The notes beneath the pieces are model-generated. The model made no database searches. It was not told where the DNA came from and worked only from the letters and a program-made list of their open reading frames with translations. The translations under genes and the position numbers were made by a program. DNA of 36,109 nucleotides from a virus: positions 1 to 36,109 of IMG/VR virus record IMGVR_UViG_3300033273_000066. One strand, given 5' to 3'. This document shows, piece by piece, positions 16,637 to 24,379 of the stretch (its first letter is position 1; every line of letters begins with the position of its first letter).

Positions 16637-16898
16637 TACTCACGATCTCCCCTGTCAGCGCGGCATAGCCGCAGATGTCTACCCAGTGATCCTGCTTCCG
16701 CGGCGACGTCTTACTACGCGCTACCTTTAGCAGGATCATCATGTTTGCCACGTCGACCACCGTAAAATCGTGATCCAGATATGACGACCACAACGCTGCG
16801 ATCGTTTCAAAGTTGTCCTTCGCGTCGCCGTAGTCCGCGTCACGTTCACCGCTGATCACTCCGCCGGCGATCGCTAGTATCTCGTCTCTCGTTACCAT
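16626..16898 (-). CDS. DUF6378-like phage protein (90 aa)
   Basis: Contains GERDADYGDAKDNFETIAALWSSYL...VDVANMMILLKVARSKTSPRKQDHWVDICGYAAL, which matches the conserved pattern I recall for this family. Confidence 0.55.
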   Translation of the reverse strand: MVTRDEILAIAGGVISGERDADYGDAKDNFETIAALWSSYLDHDFTVVDVANMMILLKVARSKTSPRKQDHWVDICGYAALTGEIVSNGR

Positions 16899-17476
16899 GG
16901 TATCTCATCTCCACCTAAATCCCAGTTGATGCGATCGTCACCGTCACGCACCATGCGCGTTACCTTTGCATTCGGAAACGTGTTGAACGCATTGTTCAGG
17001 AAAGTCTCCGTCCAGTCAAATCTGATGATGCGTGCAGCGTCTTCGAAGCTGTACACGATCCAGCTTGGATACTTCTTCCGCAGATCCGCTGCCCCGTGCA
17101 ACGCAAAGCAAATTATCTTTTCCTCGCACTGCACACAATACGCGTGCGGCGGTATAGGCTTGTGCCCTGCGCTTTCCGCTGCACTCTCCAGCACGTCCCA
17201 CGCCCGCATGAGCTGCGTTGCGATCTGGTTAGTGCCAACCACGTCATTCTCACACGCACGCTCTCTGAGCGCTTCGTATGCTGCTTCGAACCTGCCAGCT
17301 AGTTCCGGCTCTACCAAGTCAGGCAACGTATCACCCCACTTCGCTATCTTCTCTTTCGCCTTTTCATCTAGCGGACGTAACTGCCCCCATACGCCAGCAC
17401 TGATCTTCGTCCCCTCATCATTCAGCGTTCCCTTAGTCTTCAGCTCCTTGTGGTTTACCCTTGATCTCTTAGCCAT
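16892..17476 (-). CDS. Hypothetical protein (194 aa) immediately downstream of the iteron array
   Basis: AAGGAGAG lies upstream of the ATG at 17476. The N-terminus is basic and there is a CVQCEEKIICFALH segment. No function recognised. Confidence 0.6.
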   Translation of the reverse strand: MAKRSRVNHKELKTKGTLNDEGTKISAGVWGQLRPLDEKAKEKIAKWGDTLPDLVEPELAGRFEAAYEALRERACENDVVGTNQIATQLMRAWDVLESAAESAGHKPIPPHAYCVQCEEKIICFALHGAADLRKKYPSWIVYSFEDAARIIRFDWTETFLNNAFNTFPNAKVTRMVRDGDDRINWDLGGDEIPW

Positions 17477-17480
17477 GTCT

Positions 17481-17626
17481 CCACTCTCCTTCCACAGTTA
17501 GTTTCCACCTAGTCCACAGTTACCACCACAGTTACGTATATATACGTAATAACTGTGGTGGAACTAAAAGTGGCCTCTTTTACCACACTTCCACACTCTT
17601 CCACAGTCCAACTGTGGTAACTGTGG
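17481..17626. repeat. Iteron array: CCACAGT(TA) x4 forward, ACTGTGG x3 reverse, 4 degenerate copies, around an 18-bp AT-rich palindrome
   Basis: Forward copies start at 17492, 17514, 17526 and 17601. Reverse copies start at 17552, 17611 and 17620. Variants start at 17481, 17505, 17583 and 17591. The perfect palindrome TTACGTATATATACGTAA spans 17532..17549. Confidence 0.85.
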
Positions 17627-17628
17627 AA

Positions 17629-17883
17629 CTAGTGCATCGTCCCATTAGTGCCCTCAGTTAGCAGCGCCTTGTTAAGCGCCTTCATCATGGCCACGTCGGC
17701 ATCGACGCCCTGCAATACCTCCATCACAAATTTCACGTCCAGCAACGCCGCTGACATTACTGGCATTTCGTCTGCGCTCCATTCTATGACGGCGCCGCCG
17801 ACCTCTTCGTCCCAGACAATGCGTCCAAGCTCCAGCTTGTTTTCGTCGTCTTCTACTTCGCGTAATGGTATTGTCATTGTCAC
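17629..17883 (-). CDS. Small, strongly acidic protein (84 aa)
   Basis: ORF with an ATGA overlap to the upstream gene. Asp/Glu-rich. Confidence 0.55.
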   Translation of the reverse strand: MTMTIPLREVEDDENKLELGRIVWDEEVGGAVIEWSADEMPVMSAALLDVKFVMEVLQGVDADVAMMKALNKALLTEGTNGTMH

Positions 17884-18305
17884 AGCTCCTTAAACTTGGC
17901 TATGTCGAAGTGTACCATAGGCTCGATGTCTTGTGGATCATCTCTTCGCGTTGTTCCGCCGACTTCTATGTGCATGTCATCGAACGCCGGCGGCAGCTTT
18001 GCGATGCCTAGCTTATCCGTCCACTGCACCGCGATGAAGCATGGCAGGCCGGTTGTCATCGTTAGAAGGCGCGCCTGCGTGGCTTTGTAGAGCGACAACA
18101 TGTACGTCGGGTATCTGTTCATAGGCGTCTTGCGCTGCCGCATTTCTAGGAAGGCTACGGCTTTCCCGTTGCGCAGCGCCATGAAGTCTAGACTTAGCTT
18201 CATTGGCATCTTTGATAGTATGCACCCGTAGTGCGCCTCGATCTTCCCGCGGATCGCGTTTTCGTTTACGCGGTCCTGCTCCGTCTCGTATAGCGGTCTA
18301 TTCAT
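17880..18305 (-). CDS. Possible PD-(D/E)XK-fold nuclease (141 aa)
   Basis: Contains SLDFMALRNGKAVAFLEMRQRK, resembling the D...E-x-K core with K replaced. Weak call made by eye. Confidence 0.3.
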   Translation of the reverse strand: MNRPLYETEQDRVNENAIRGKIEAHYGCILSKMPMKLSLDFMALRNGKAVAFLEMRQRKTPMNRYPTYMLSLYKATQARLLTMTTGLPCFIAVQWTDKLGIAKLPPAFDDMHIEVGGTTRRDDPQDIEPMVHFDIAKFKEL

Positions 18306-18541
18306 AGTTCCTCCTCCAATTGCCGTAGCCTAAACGCCAGCTCACGTAGCTGCTCGCTCATGCCCTTCTCTATGTGCGCGCTGAACAGCGGCCGGCGATC
18401 CTTTGCGCTGTACGCCTGCCCAGCGATAAGCGCGAACGTCTTTGCGTCAGGCGCTATCTCGAATGTTATGTGCGCCACTTCGTAGTGTTCGCGCGGTGCG
18501 TCGGGATGACGTTGCTTAGATTTCTGGCTGTGACGGCTCAT
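18302..18541 (-). CDS. Hypothetical protein (79 aa)
   Basis: AGGGAG lies 7 nt upstream of the ATG at 18541. The gene overlaps the HNH gene end by 26 nt. Confidence 0.55.
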   Translation of the reverse strand: MSRHSQKSKQRHPDAPREHYEVAHITFEIAPDAKTFALIAGQAYSAKDRRPLFSAHIEKGMSEQLRELAFRLRQLEEEL

Positions 18542-19202
18542 ATGACGCTCCCTTTCTAAAATTATCCACAGCCCAAAGCGGCTGCAAATTGGTGTAGTGA
18601 AAGCATTCGCGCTGTTGTTTTGGGTCCGTTAGATTGAACGCTGCGCACGGTTTAATGTGATCAATGTGCCACTCGCCATAATTATCCCATGTCATGCCAT
18701 CTTTAAATTGCTGTTCAAGGTGCGCGCGAAGCTCCGATATCGTGCATCCGACTAACCTCTTAGCAGATGATGCCTTTGCGACCCCACGCAGCGCGTGACG
18801 CAGTCTTGCGCGTAAAACATGCGTCAACCTGTAGTCCAAATTATTTGCATAACTAGACCTCTTCCATTTTCTGACGCGTCTTTTTCTTTTTTCCTTGTCT
18901 GCGTTTTCTGCATTTTTTTGCATCACTATTCTGCGCTCTTCGATCGGTAGGTTTCCCCACCTTTCACGATAGTATTTATAAACGTCAGATTTTTCTTCGT
19001 CTGTCAAACCTGCCCAGCGCTGTCTCCTGTTTTGTGCTTGCTGTTTGCGCCTGCGCTCAATCTGATCCTTTGTTAGATTTGCATATTCGTGCGACCCTTT
19101 ACATTTCTTAGAGCAATATTTCTTTTTTGACTGACGCCAGTTGCTGTACGAGAAAAAATTGCAACACTGACTGTATACGCACGCGCGAACCATTAAACTC
19201 AT
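18516..19202 (-). CDS. HNH endonuclease (228 aa), homing-endonuclease-like
   Basis: The C-terminus (GEWHIDHIKPCAAFNLTDPKQQRECFHYTNLQPLWAVDNFRKG) is a classic HNH core. There is an N-terminal Cys cluster and a Lys/Arg-rich middle region. Confidence 0.8.
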   Translation of the reverse strand: MSLMVRACVYSQCCNFFSYSNWRQSKKKYCSKKCKGSHEYANLTKDQIERRRKQQAQNRRQRWAGLTDEEKSDVYKYYRERWGNLPIEERRIVMQKNAENADKEKRKRRVRKWKRSSYANNLDYRLTHVLRARLRHALRGVAKASSAKRLVGCTISELRAHLEQQFKDGMTWDNYGEWHIDHIKPCAAFNLTDPKQQRECFHYTNLQPLWAVDNFRKGASYEPSQPEI

Positions 19203-21394
19203 GTCCCCAACTCCGATGCGCTAATCCACTCTCCAACGACCACACATTGCACGTCGCGCCCAGCGCGTTTATCTGGCCACTCTTCGACCTTCAGCACGTT
19301 TGTGTCGATCCACTTCTTGAGGATCGCCTTTGCCCGCGCCTTTTCGTGCTGCTTGTCCAAGTCTAAGTCTAGCTGCACCGCGACTGCGTTGCCCGCCCAA
19401 TTCTTTGCGCGTGCGTCTAAGCGCATTGGCTCCTGACGCTCCGCCGCCGCCCCGACGAGGCGCTGCACGTCGCGTGCGTCACGGGCGCTGACACCGTCGA
19501 ACAGGTCAGGCATTTTGAACGGTATACACACGCCCACGGTTTCGCCGTTTGGCAGCTCCACGCCGTGCATACGGCGGTACAGCGCGTTTGCTGCCGGCGG
19601 CGCAAGGTTTGCCTTACCATCGTCCACGCGGAATATGCCGAGACTTTCATGCTCCGACACGCCCAGCTTCTGCGCATCTTCTTGGCTAACCTTATTGATG
19701 ACGCGCGCCGCACGGGCTGCGCCGATCAATGAACCTGCGCCGCGGACGCTATCGACTGTTGCGTCTTCGCCGTTTGTCTTGCGGATGTGGTGCGTCAATA
19801 CGATTGCGGCGCCGGTTTGGTCTGCGACCCAGCGCGCGGCTGCGACCGCTGCGTTCATTGCGACGTTGTCGTTTTCGTTGATGTCGTTGAAGCCAACCCA
19901 CGGGTCGATGATCACCAGACCGATGTTGTGCTTTTTGATTTTGTCGACCATGTACTGCAGCATGTCTTCGTCGGTCAGGATGCCGTCGCGTGTTTGCTTT
20001 GCAAACTGGATCTGCAGGTCACGGCCAGCGTCTAGGAATAGCTTGCCCTGCACTTGTTCCGGCTTGATGTTGTAGTGGATCATGATCGCAGCAAAACGGC
20101 GCTGCATCTCTTCCATGGGATCCTCGCCGTTGATGACCCAGACGTTCACCTGTTCGTGTATTGGCTCTTCGAGCAATGGCAACGCGGTTGCGATTGCGAC
20201 GGCCTCAACGCCCTGCATCGATGTCTTACCGACGCCACCCATTGACGCGAGCACGCTGACGTATCCGCGGATGTAGTGACGTCCATAGATCCAGCGACGC
20301 TTTGGTATGAGCGCGGGATCGATGAACTCGAATTCAGTCGGCCACTGGCGCTCGCTTTCTTTCTGCTCCTGCACTGCCTGTGCGTATGGCTTTGCCGCTG
20401 CGAGTGCGTCACGCAGCTTGTCCTTGCCGGCTTCGCGTAGGTAGTCGTTGGCGTCTTTGACGTTTTCGACGCCGAGCTGATCAAAGCGAACGACGTGCAC
20501 GGCTGTTGATCCGTCGCCTTGCAGCACGTCCGCGCACTTTGCGACGTCAAGGTCAGGGTCCGCACATATAGTGACGTCTGAAGCGCGTGGCGGCACGAAT
20601 GTAGCCATGCCAGCCTTCCCGAAGGTGCAGACCACTACGGCGTCCTCTCCGACAGCCTGACGCACGCTCAGCGCGTCCTCTGGGCCTTCGACAATGCAGA
20701 ATGGCTTATCGCCTTGCGTTCCACCGATTTGCATTACGTTTCCGGCAATGACACCCCGTGAGTATTTTGTAATGCCGTTGACTTCGCGCTTCTTACCTTC
20801 GGTTGTGAGTAGCACGCTCTGCACGCCCTCGATCGTTCCGTCCGGCGTTGTCGCTGCAAAAATGATCGCGGGCCCGTCATACATGTTTGGGCTAAACTTT
20901 GCGACGCCGACCGCAGATGATGCAGCCAAACCGCGAGAGTTTAGGTAAAGCAACGCCGGACGCACCGCGTCTTTGTTCTCGCGCGAAATCGGTACGGCGC
21001 GTTCCCATGTATCTTGCGCCTTCTTGATTTTGTCGTTGCGTGTCTCTTCGTCACGAATGATCAGGTCTTTACTGGCCAGACGTGAAACTAAACGCTCTAG
21101 CTCACTTGGTATATACGGTTGTGTATCCGAGTTTTCGAGCTGCTTAGGATTTTCTGCGCCGCGCTTAAAGCCAGACCCGATTGTCGACTTAATCTCAAAG
21201 TCTTTTAAACCGATCTGGCGTGCGGCTGTGTGTAGCTGCAGGATCGCGTTATCTGTGTTTGCCGGTGATAGGTGCGCGTGGCGCCCGATCGCGAATGCTG
21301 CTTTGTTTAGGTTCTCGTTTCTGCCGCCCTTCATGGACGCAATGACGTCGTGTACCGCGCCATCTAATACCTTGTTAAAATATGCCTCTGACAT
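19199..21394 (-). CDS. Bifunctional primase-helicase (Toprim + RecA/AAA_25-type NTPase + C-terminal putative DNA-binding domain)
   Basis: Toprim motifs: IVEGPEDALS and CADPDLD. Walker A is ASMGGVGKTS and Walker B is LVIIDPW. The start is moved to 21394, which has GAGGG 6 nt upstream; the track start at 21427 has no SD and lies inside a hairpin. Confidence 0.8.
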   Translation of the reverse strand: MSEAYFNKVLDGAVHDVIASMKGGRNENLNKAAFAIGRHAHLSPANTDNAILQLHTAARQIGLKDFEIKSTIGSGFKRGAENPKQLENSDTQPYIPSELERLVSRLASKDLIIRDEETRNDKIKKAQDTWERAVPISRENKDAVRPALLYLNSRGLAASSAVGVAKFSPNMYDGPAIIFAATTPDGTIEGVQSVLLTTEGKKREVNGITKYSRGVIAGNVMQIGGTQGDKPFCIVEGPEDALSVRQAVGEDAVVVCTFGKAGMATFVPPRASDVTICADPDLDVAKCADVLQGDGSTAVHVVRFDQLGVENVKDANDYLREAGKDKLRDALAAAKPYAQAVQEQKESERQWPTEFEFIDPALIPKRRWIYGRHYIRGYVSVLASMGGVGKTSMQGVEAVAIATALPLLEEPIHEQVNVWVINGEDPMEEMQRRFAAIMIHYNIKPEQVQGKLFLDAGRDLQIQFAKQTRDGILTDEDMLQYMVDKIKKHNIGLVIIDPWVGFNDINENDNVAMNAAVAAARWVADQTGAAIVLTHHIRKTNGEDATVDSVRGAGSLIGAARAARVINKVSQEDAQKLGVSEHESLGIFRVDDGKANLAPPAANALYRRMHGVELPNGETVGVCIPFKMPDLFDGVSARDARDVQRLVGAAAERQEPMRLDARAKNWAGNAVAVQLDLDLDKQHEKARAKAILKKWIDTNVLKVEEWPDKRAGRDVQCVVVGEWISASELGT

Positions 21395-21415
21395 TGTTTT
21401 CCCTCTGCGCCGTGG

Positions 21416-21452
21416 AACGTGGGACATAAAACAATTTAATATGTCCCACGTT
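21416..21452. promoter_or_regulatory. 12-bp perfect inverted repeat with a 13-nt AT-rich spacer, upstream of the primase-helicase gene
   Basis: AACGTGGGACAT-aaaacaatttaat-ATGTCCCACGTT. No T tract follows on either strand. Confidence 0.6.
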
Positions 21453-21462
21453 ATTACTTTTG

Positions 21463-22047
21463 TTAGAACCCGAAGTTATTCCCTTCGGCTGCGGGTGCCG
21501 CTGCAGGCGCTGGCGCCGGTGCAGGTGCAGGCGCTTCGACCGGTGCCGCCGGTGCTGCGTCTGCCGCAGGCTTGTCGATCCATGTGCGGATGTTGAAGCC
21601 AACGTCATACGACGTTCCCTTGCCAACGACGACAGGTGTTGTCGACGTTACTTGTACGACTGGAACTTTGCCCTGATTGAATTCTGGCATCTCTTCAGCC
21701 TTGTTGTACAGCTTTGCGATAAACTGCCCCAAGCCGTAGCTATTCCCAGAAAACTCTGCAGCGCGCCCATCAGCGAGCCAACAGTTGACACTAAAGCCTT
21801 GCTTATGGTTCTCGCTTGGTCGCTCAGTGCGTTGACTAGGCGAGGGCCACGCCTGCCAGTCACGAACGCCCACATCGATGTGAAGCCATCCGAAGACGAC
21901 CTCCTTGATGTCGATTGCGAAGCCGCGGTCCATGTCGATCGGCTCGTCACCGGCCTCCGTTTTTGCCCACCAACGGTTTTGTGGTAGGTTTCCGCGGATG
22001 TATACGCCGCTTCCCTCGTTGTCACTTGATCCGAATGTAATTGGCAT
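21463..22047 (-). CDS. Putative ssDNA-binding / recombination-associated protein (194 aa)
   Basis: Lies next to the exonuclease gene. A globular N-terminal domain is followed by a Pro/Ala linker (APAPAPAPAPAAAPAA) and a short aromatic tail (NNFGF), an architecture reminiscent of SSBs. No family recognised. Confidence 0.35.
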   Translation of the reverse strand: MPITFGSSDNEGSGVYIRGNLPQNRWWAKTEAGDEPIDMDRGFAIDIKEVVFGWLHIDVGVRDWQAWPSPSQRTERPSENHKQGFSVNCWLADGRAAEFSGNSYGLGQFIAKLYNKAEEMPEFNQGKVPVVQVTSTTPVVVGKGTSYDVGFNIRTWIDKPAADAAPAAPVEAPAPAPAPAPAAAPAAEGNNFGF

Positions 22048-22063
22048 GATGTGTCTCCTTGAC

Positions 22064-22858
22064 TTAGTTTGCCTCTGTGAATTTGAACGAGAATGGCGGG
22101 ATACGGATCGTCATTAACTCCCCGTAATCGTAAGTCCACTCGTTGTTCGCTTGCGCTATTGCATACTGCTCCAGCGCGTATTGTACCGCCGCGTCCCCTT
22201 CGTTTAAGGATTCGGCGTCCAATTCGTAAATACCAACTTTGTATGGTGCATCCTTTCCGACAGCTATAAAGATAAACCGATCTACCTCGTGCCCGTCAAG
22301 CTCCATGACCCGACGGTAAAAACTTTCTTGGATATGATACCCAAAGTTTGCAGCCTGCTTTGCAAAGCCTTCTGGTGATGGGTCTATCGTTGTTTTCAAG
22401 TCTAGCAGGCACGCAATGTCTTTGCGCCAGCCGTCAGGCCGCGCGCGCATTTCAACGCCTGTGAGTGCGTCTTGCGTTAATACGCTCGCTTCACACACAA
22501 GATCGCCAGACAGCAACTCAGCGGCCGCCGTATTGGCTCTGACGGCCTCTGCAAGCCGGTGTACCTTGTCGTATTCCACGGTATTCAGGATGATAGCACC
22601 GGCGCTATCAGCGCTCGCCTTGAATTCGTTGTACTCTTTGCCGGCGCGTCGGCCTGCCCACTCCCAAATTTCGTCTGCCTTATGCGGCTCAAACGTCAGA
22701 GTGTGTGCCGCAGATCCAATCAACATCGCTGTCGTTTCTTTGCGCTCAGCATATTTGAAGTCGGCCAGTGATTGCAGCGCGATTGTCTTAGCGCCTGATG
22801 ATGACAGGTGCGGCAGCGCGTGATAGTCACTGTTGGCCATGTCTAAGTGTACTGGCAT
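22064..22858 (-). CDS. PD-(D/E)XK exonuclease (RecE/DUF3799-like, 264 aa)
   Basis: Begins MPVHLDMANSDYHA. The nuclease core is RPDGW...LLDLKT...YHIQESFY. The start is set at 22858, where ATG overlaps the upstream TAA (TAATG). Confidence 0.7.
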   Translation of the reverse strand: MPVHLDMANSDYHALPHLSSSGAKTIALQSLADFKYAERKETTAMLIGSAAHTLTFEPHKADEIWEWAGRRAGKEYNEFKASADSAGAIILNTVEYDKVHRLAEAVRANTAAAELLSGDLVCEASVLTQDALTGVEMRARPDGWRKDIACLLDLKTTIDPSPEGFAKQAANFGYHIQESFYRRVMELDGHEVDRFIFIAVGKDAPYKVGIYELDAESLNEGDAAVQYALEQYAIAQANNEWTYDYGELMTIRIPPFSFKFTEAN

Positions 22859-23304
22859 TATACTTTTCCCTTTCCGTACAGCGCAATCAACAGCGCCTCC
22901 GCGCGGTGTTCGTCTTTCTTGCGCTTTAGTTGTGACGCCAGATCCGGAAACCATTGCTGCGCCAGACGCCTTGCAGCGTCTTTATCGCGCGGCAGATTGA
23001 GCGACCGCTTCCATGTGTTAGGTGTTACTTGCGTGTACGGCGTCCGCGACAACGCGCACGTCGTCAATATCTGGCCGTACCCAAAGCCTAACTTAAAGGT
23101 CGAGCTGACGCCCTGCTTTGGCATAGCTTGCTGCTTCTCAACGAATATGTGGTCGACCCGATCGACTGAGGTCAGGATATCCATAAGAGCCACAACGTCG
23201 ACGCCGCCTTCATCGTATGTCGGAAGGTCGTGCACCTCTGCCCAATCGTCACCAACTAAAGCAACACCGCCTGTGCGGTAGCCACAATCAATTCCGATTA
23301 TCAT
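22858..23304 (-). CDS. RuvC-like Holliday junction resolvase (148 aa)
   Basis: Contains MIIGIDCGYRTGGVA...FVEKQQAMPKQGVSSTFKLGFGYG...DEHRAEALLIALYG, matching the phage RuvC signature. GAGGTG lies 4 nt upstream of the ATG at 23304. Confidence 0.75.
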   Translation of the reverse strand: MIIGIDCGYRTGGVALVGDDWAEVHDLPTYDEGGVDVVALMDILTSVDRVDHIFVEKQQAMPKQGVSSTFKLGFGYGQILTTCALSRTPYTQVTPNTWKRSLNLPRDKDAARRLAQQWFPDLASQLKRKKDEHRAEALLIALYGKGKV

Positions 23305-23455
23305 CCGCCACCTCAAAGCCTTGCTTTTCAAGGTATTCTCTGACGGCATCTTCAACTATCTTTGACATCGATAGCCGTGTCATCGCGCTGTAATTGTGCA
23401 GCGCGTGGTATACTTGCTCTCGTATCCGAGGGCCAATTTGCTTCAGTTGATACAT
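23288..23455 (-). CDS. Ribbon-helix-helix (CopG/Arc-like) transcriptional regulator (55 aa)
   Basis: GGAGGA lies 4 nt upstream of the ATG at 23455. Sequence MYQLKQIGPRIREQVYHALHNYSAMTRLSMSKIVEDAVREYLEKQG fits a strand-helix-helix layout. It is the first gene after promoter P_C. Confidence 0.55.
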   Translation of the reverse strand: MYQLKQIGPRIREQVYHALHNYSAMTRLSMSKIVEDAVREYLEKQGFEVADDNRN

Positions 23456-23477
23456 AATATCCTCCATATTTAACACA

Positions 23478-23506
23478 GTGTTAACACTTATAGCTGTCTG
23501 GTGCAA
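23478..23506 (-). promoter_or_regulatory. Sigma70-like promoter P_C: TTGCAC-N17-TAACAC with extended -10 TG
   Basis: -35 is at 23506..23501 and -10 at 23483..23478. TGTTAACA (23479..23486) covers the -10, with a degenerate partner ATTTAACA at 23468..23475. Confidence 0.6.
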
Positions 23507-23556
23507 TAGTGTTGCGTGTGGTAAAGTGCTAAAAACAATCTTTGGGAACAAACGCA

Positions 23557-23736
23557 ATGAAGTTTGAACAGTTATTAGGTGTGATTGCGCTGGGCTTGTT
23601 GAGCTGGGGATCTTTGCAGGTTTACCAGATGAATGCACAGATGGCGCTTGTGTCCTACAAGGTTGAGGAAAACTACAAGATGATAAAGCCAATGTGGCAG
23701 GATTTTCTAATACGTTCTGACGTGGCTACAAAGTAG
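23557..23736 (+). CDS. Small single-pass membrane protein (59 aa)
   Basis: Begins MKFEQLLGVIALGLLSWGSLQVY, an N-terminal TM segment. It heads the plus-strand lysis region. Confidence 0.45.
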   Translation: MKFEQLLGVIALGLLSWGSLQVYQMNAQMALVSYKVEENYKMIKPMWQDFLIRSDVATK

Positions 23737-23784
23737 ATGCTCAGGTGTGCACGCTGATTCTCATAGCTCACACGCACACGTTCT

Positions 23785-23813
23785 TTGGCGGTTTCACAAA
23801 ATTGTGTTATTAT
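23785..23813 (+). promoter_or_regulatory. Sigma70-like promoter P_E: TTGGCG-N17-TATTAT with extended -10 TG
   Basis: Hexamers and spacing read directly from the sequence. Lies about 90 nt upstream of the ATG at 23903. Confidence 0.45.
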
Positions 23814-23902
23814 GACTGCGGCTTTAACAGGCGCGGCCGGTGGTACGATAGGGTGTATCACATAGATCCAGATAGTGTCTGCCCAACGAGACTGTACACA
23901 AA

Positions 23903-24379
23903 ATGATCGATCCAGTTACAGCTATAGCCACAGCGAACGCCGCGTTCAAAGGCATCCAGATGATGGTCGCAAAAGGTCGCGAGATAGAGGATTGTGTTGG
24001 CCAGCTCTCTAAGTGGGCGGGCGCCGCATCCGACATTGCGTTTCTGGAGAAAAAGGCAAAGAACCCGCCATGGTATAAGTCATTCACTGGCTCGCCAGAG
24101 GCAGAGGCAATCGAGATTTACGCCGCGCAGGAAAAGCTGCAGAAACAGCGCGCCGAGATCCTTCGAATGGTAGCTTACACCGGTGGCCAAAAAGGTAAGG
24201 ACAAATACCTTGAGATACTTCGTCAAGTCAAAGAGCAGCGCCGTAAGACTGCGTATCGCAAAGAGGAAATTAAGCAGGCTATTCTTGAGTGGACTGTTGG
24301 CATTTTGGTTCTGGTATCAGGCGCTGGTGTACTCGGCGTGGCGTTTTATTTTATCGGAAAAAAGCAAGGCAAGTGGTAA
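23903..24379 (+). CDS. Coiled-coil protein with a C-terminal TM anchor (158 aa), lysis-cassette associated
   Basis: C-terminal hydrophobic segment WTVGILVLVSGAGVLGVAFYFIG. The SD is weak. Confidence 0.5.
   Translation: MIDPVTAIATANAAFKGIQMMVAKGREIEDCVGQLSKWAGAASDIAFLEKKAKNPPWYKSFTGSPEAEAIEIYAAQEKLQKQRAEILRMVAYTGGQKGKDKYLEILRQVKEQRRKTAYRKEEIKQAILEWTVGILVLVSGAGVLGVAFYFIGKKQGKW

Noticed and set aside
17481-17626. CRISPR-like appearance of the repeat array
   Set aside because: The repeat units are only 7-11 bp, occur in both orientations and have irregular spacers of 2-40 bp. No cas genes are present. This fits an iteron or operator architecture, not CRISPR.
21480-21560. GC-rich quasi-repetitive DNA (ggtgcaggtgcaggcgc...)
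   Set aside because: It is simply the coding sequence of the (Ala-Pro)n linker of the SSB-like protein, not an independent repeat element.
22859-22954. N-terminal extensions of three genes: the exonuclease (22859..22954), the ParB-like gene (13153..13284) and the RuvC-like gene (23305..23355)
   Set aside because: Each extension overlaps the preceding gene. The internal starts have SDs or stop-start overlaps, and the products then begin at the conserved family N-termini (MPVHLD..., MSITSE..., MIIGIDCG...).
23288-23692. 134-aa version of the RHH ORF extending across the divergent promoter region
   Set aside because: The extension covers promoter P_C and the operator pair and reads as Ser/Pro-rich filler. 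A GGAGGA SD precedes the internal ATG at 23455.
23673-24087. Minus-strand ORFs 23673..23861 and 23824..24087 in the lysis region
   Set aside because: They overlap promoter P_E and the better-supported plus-strand 158-aa gene, have no SD, and have implausible composition.
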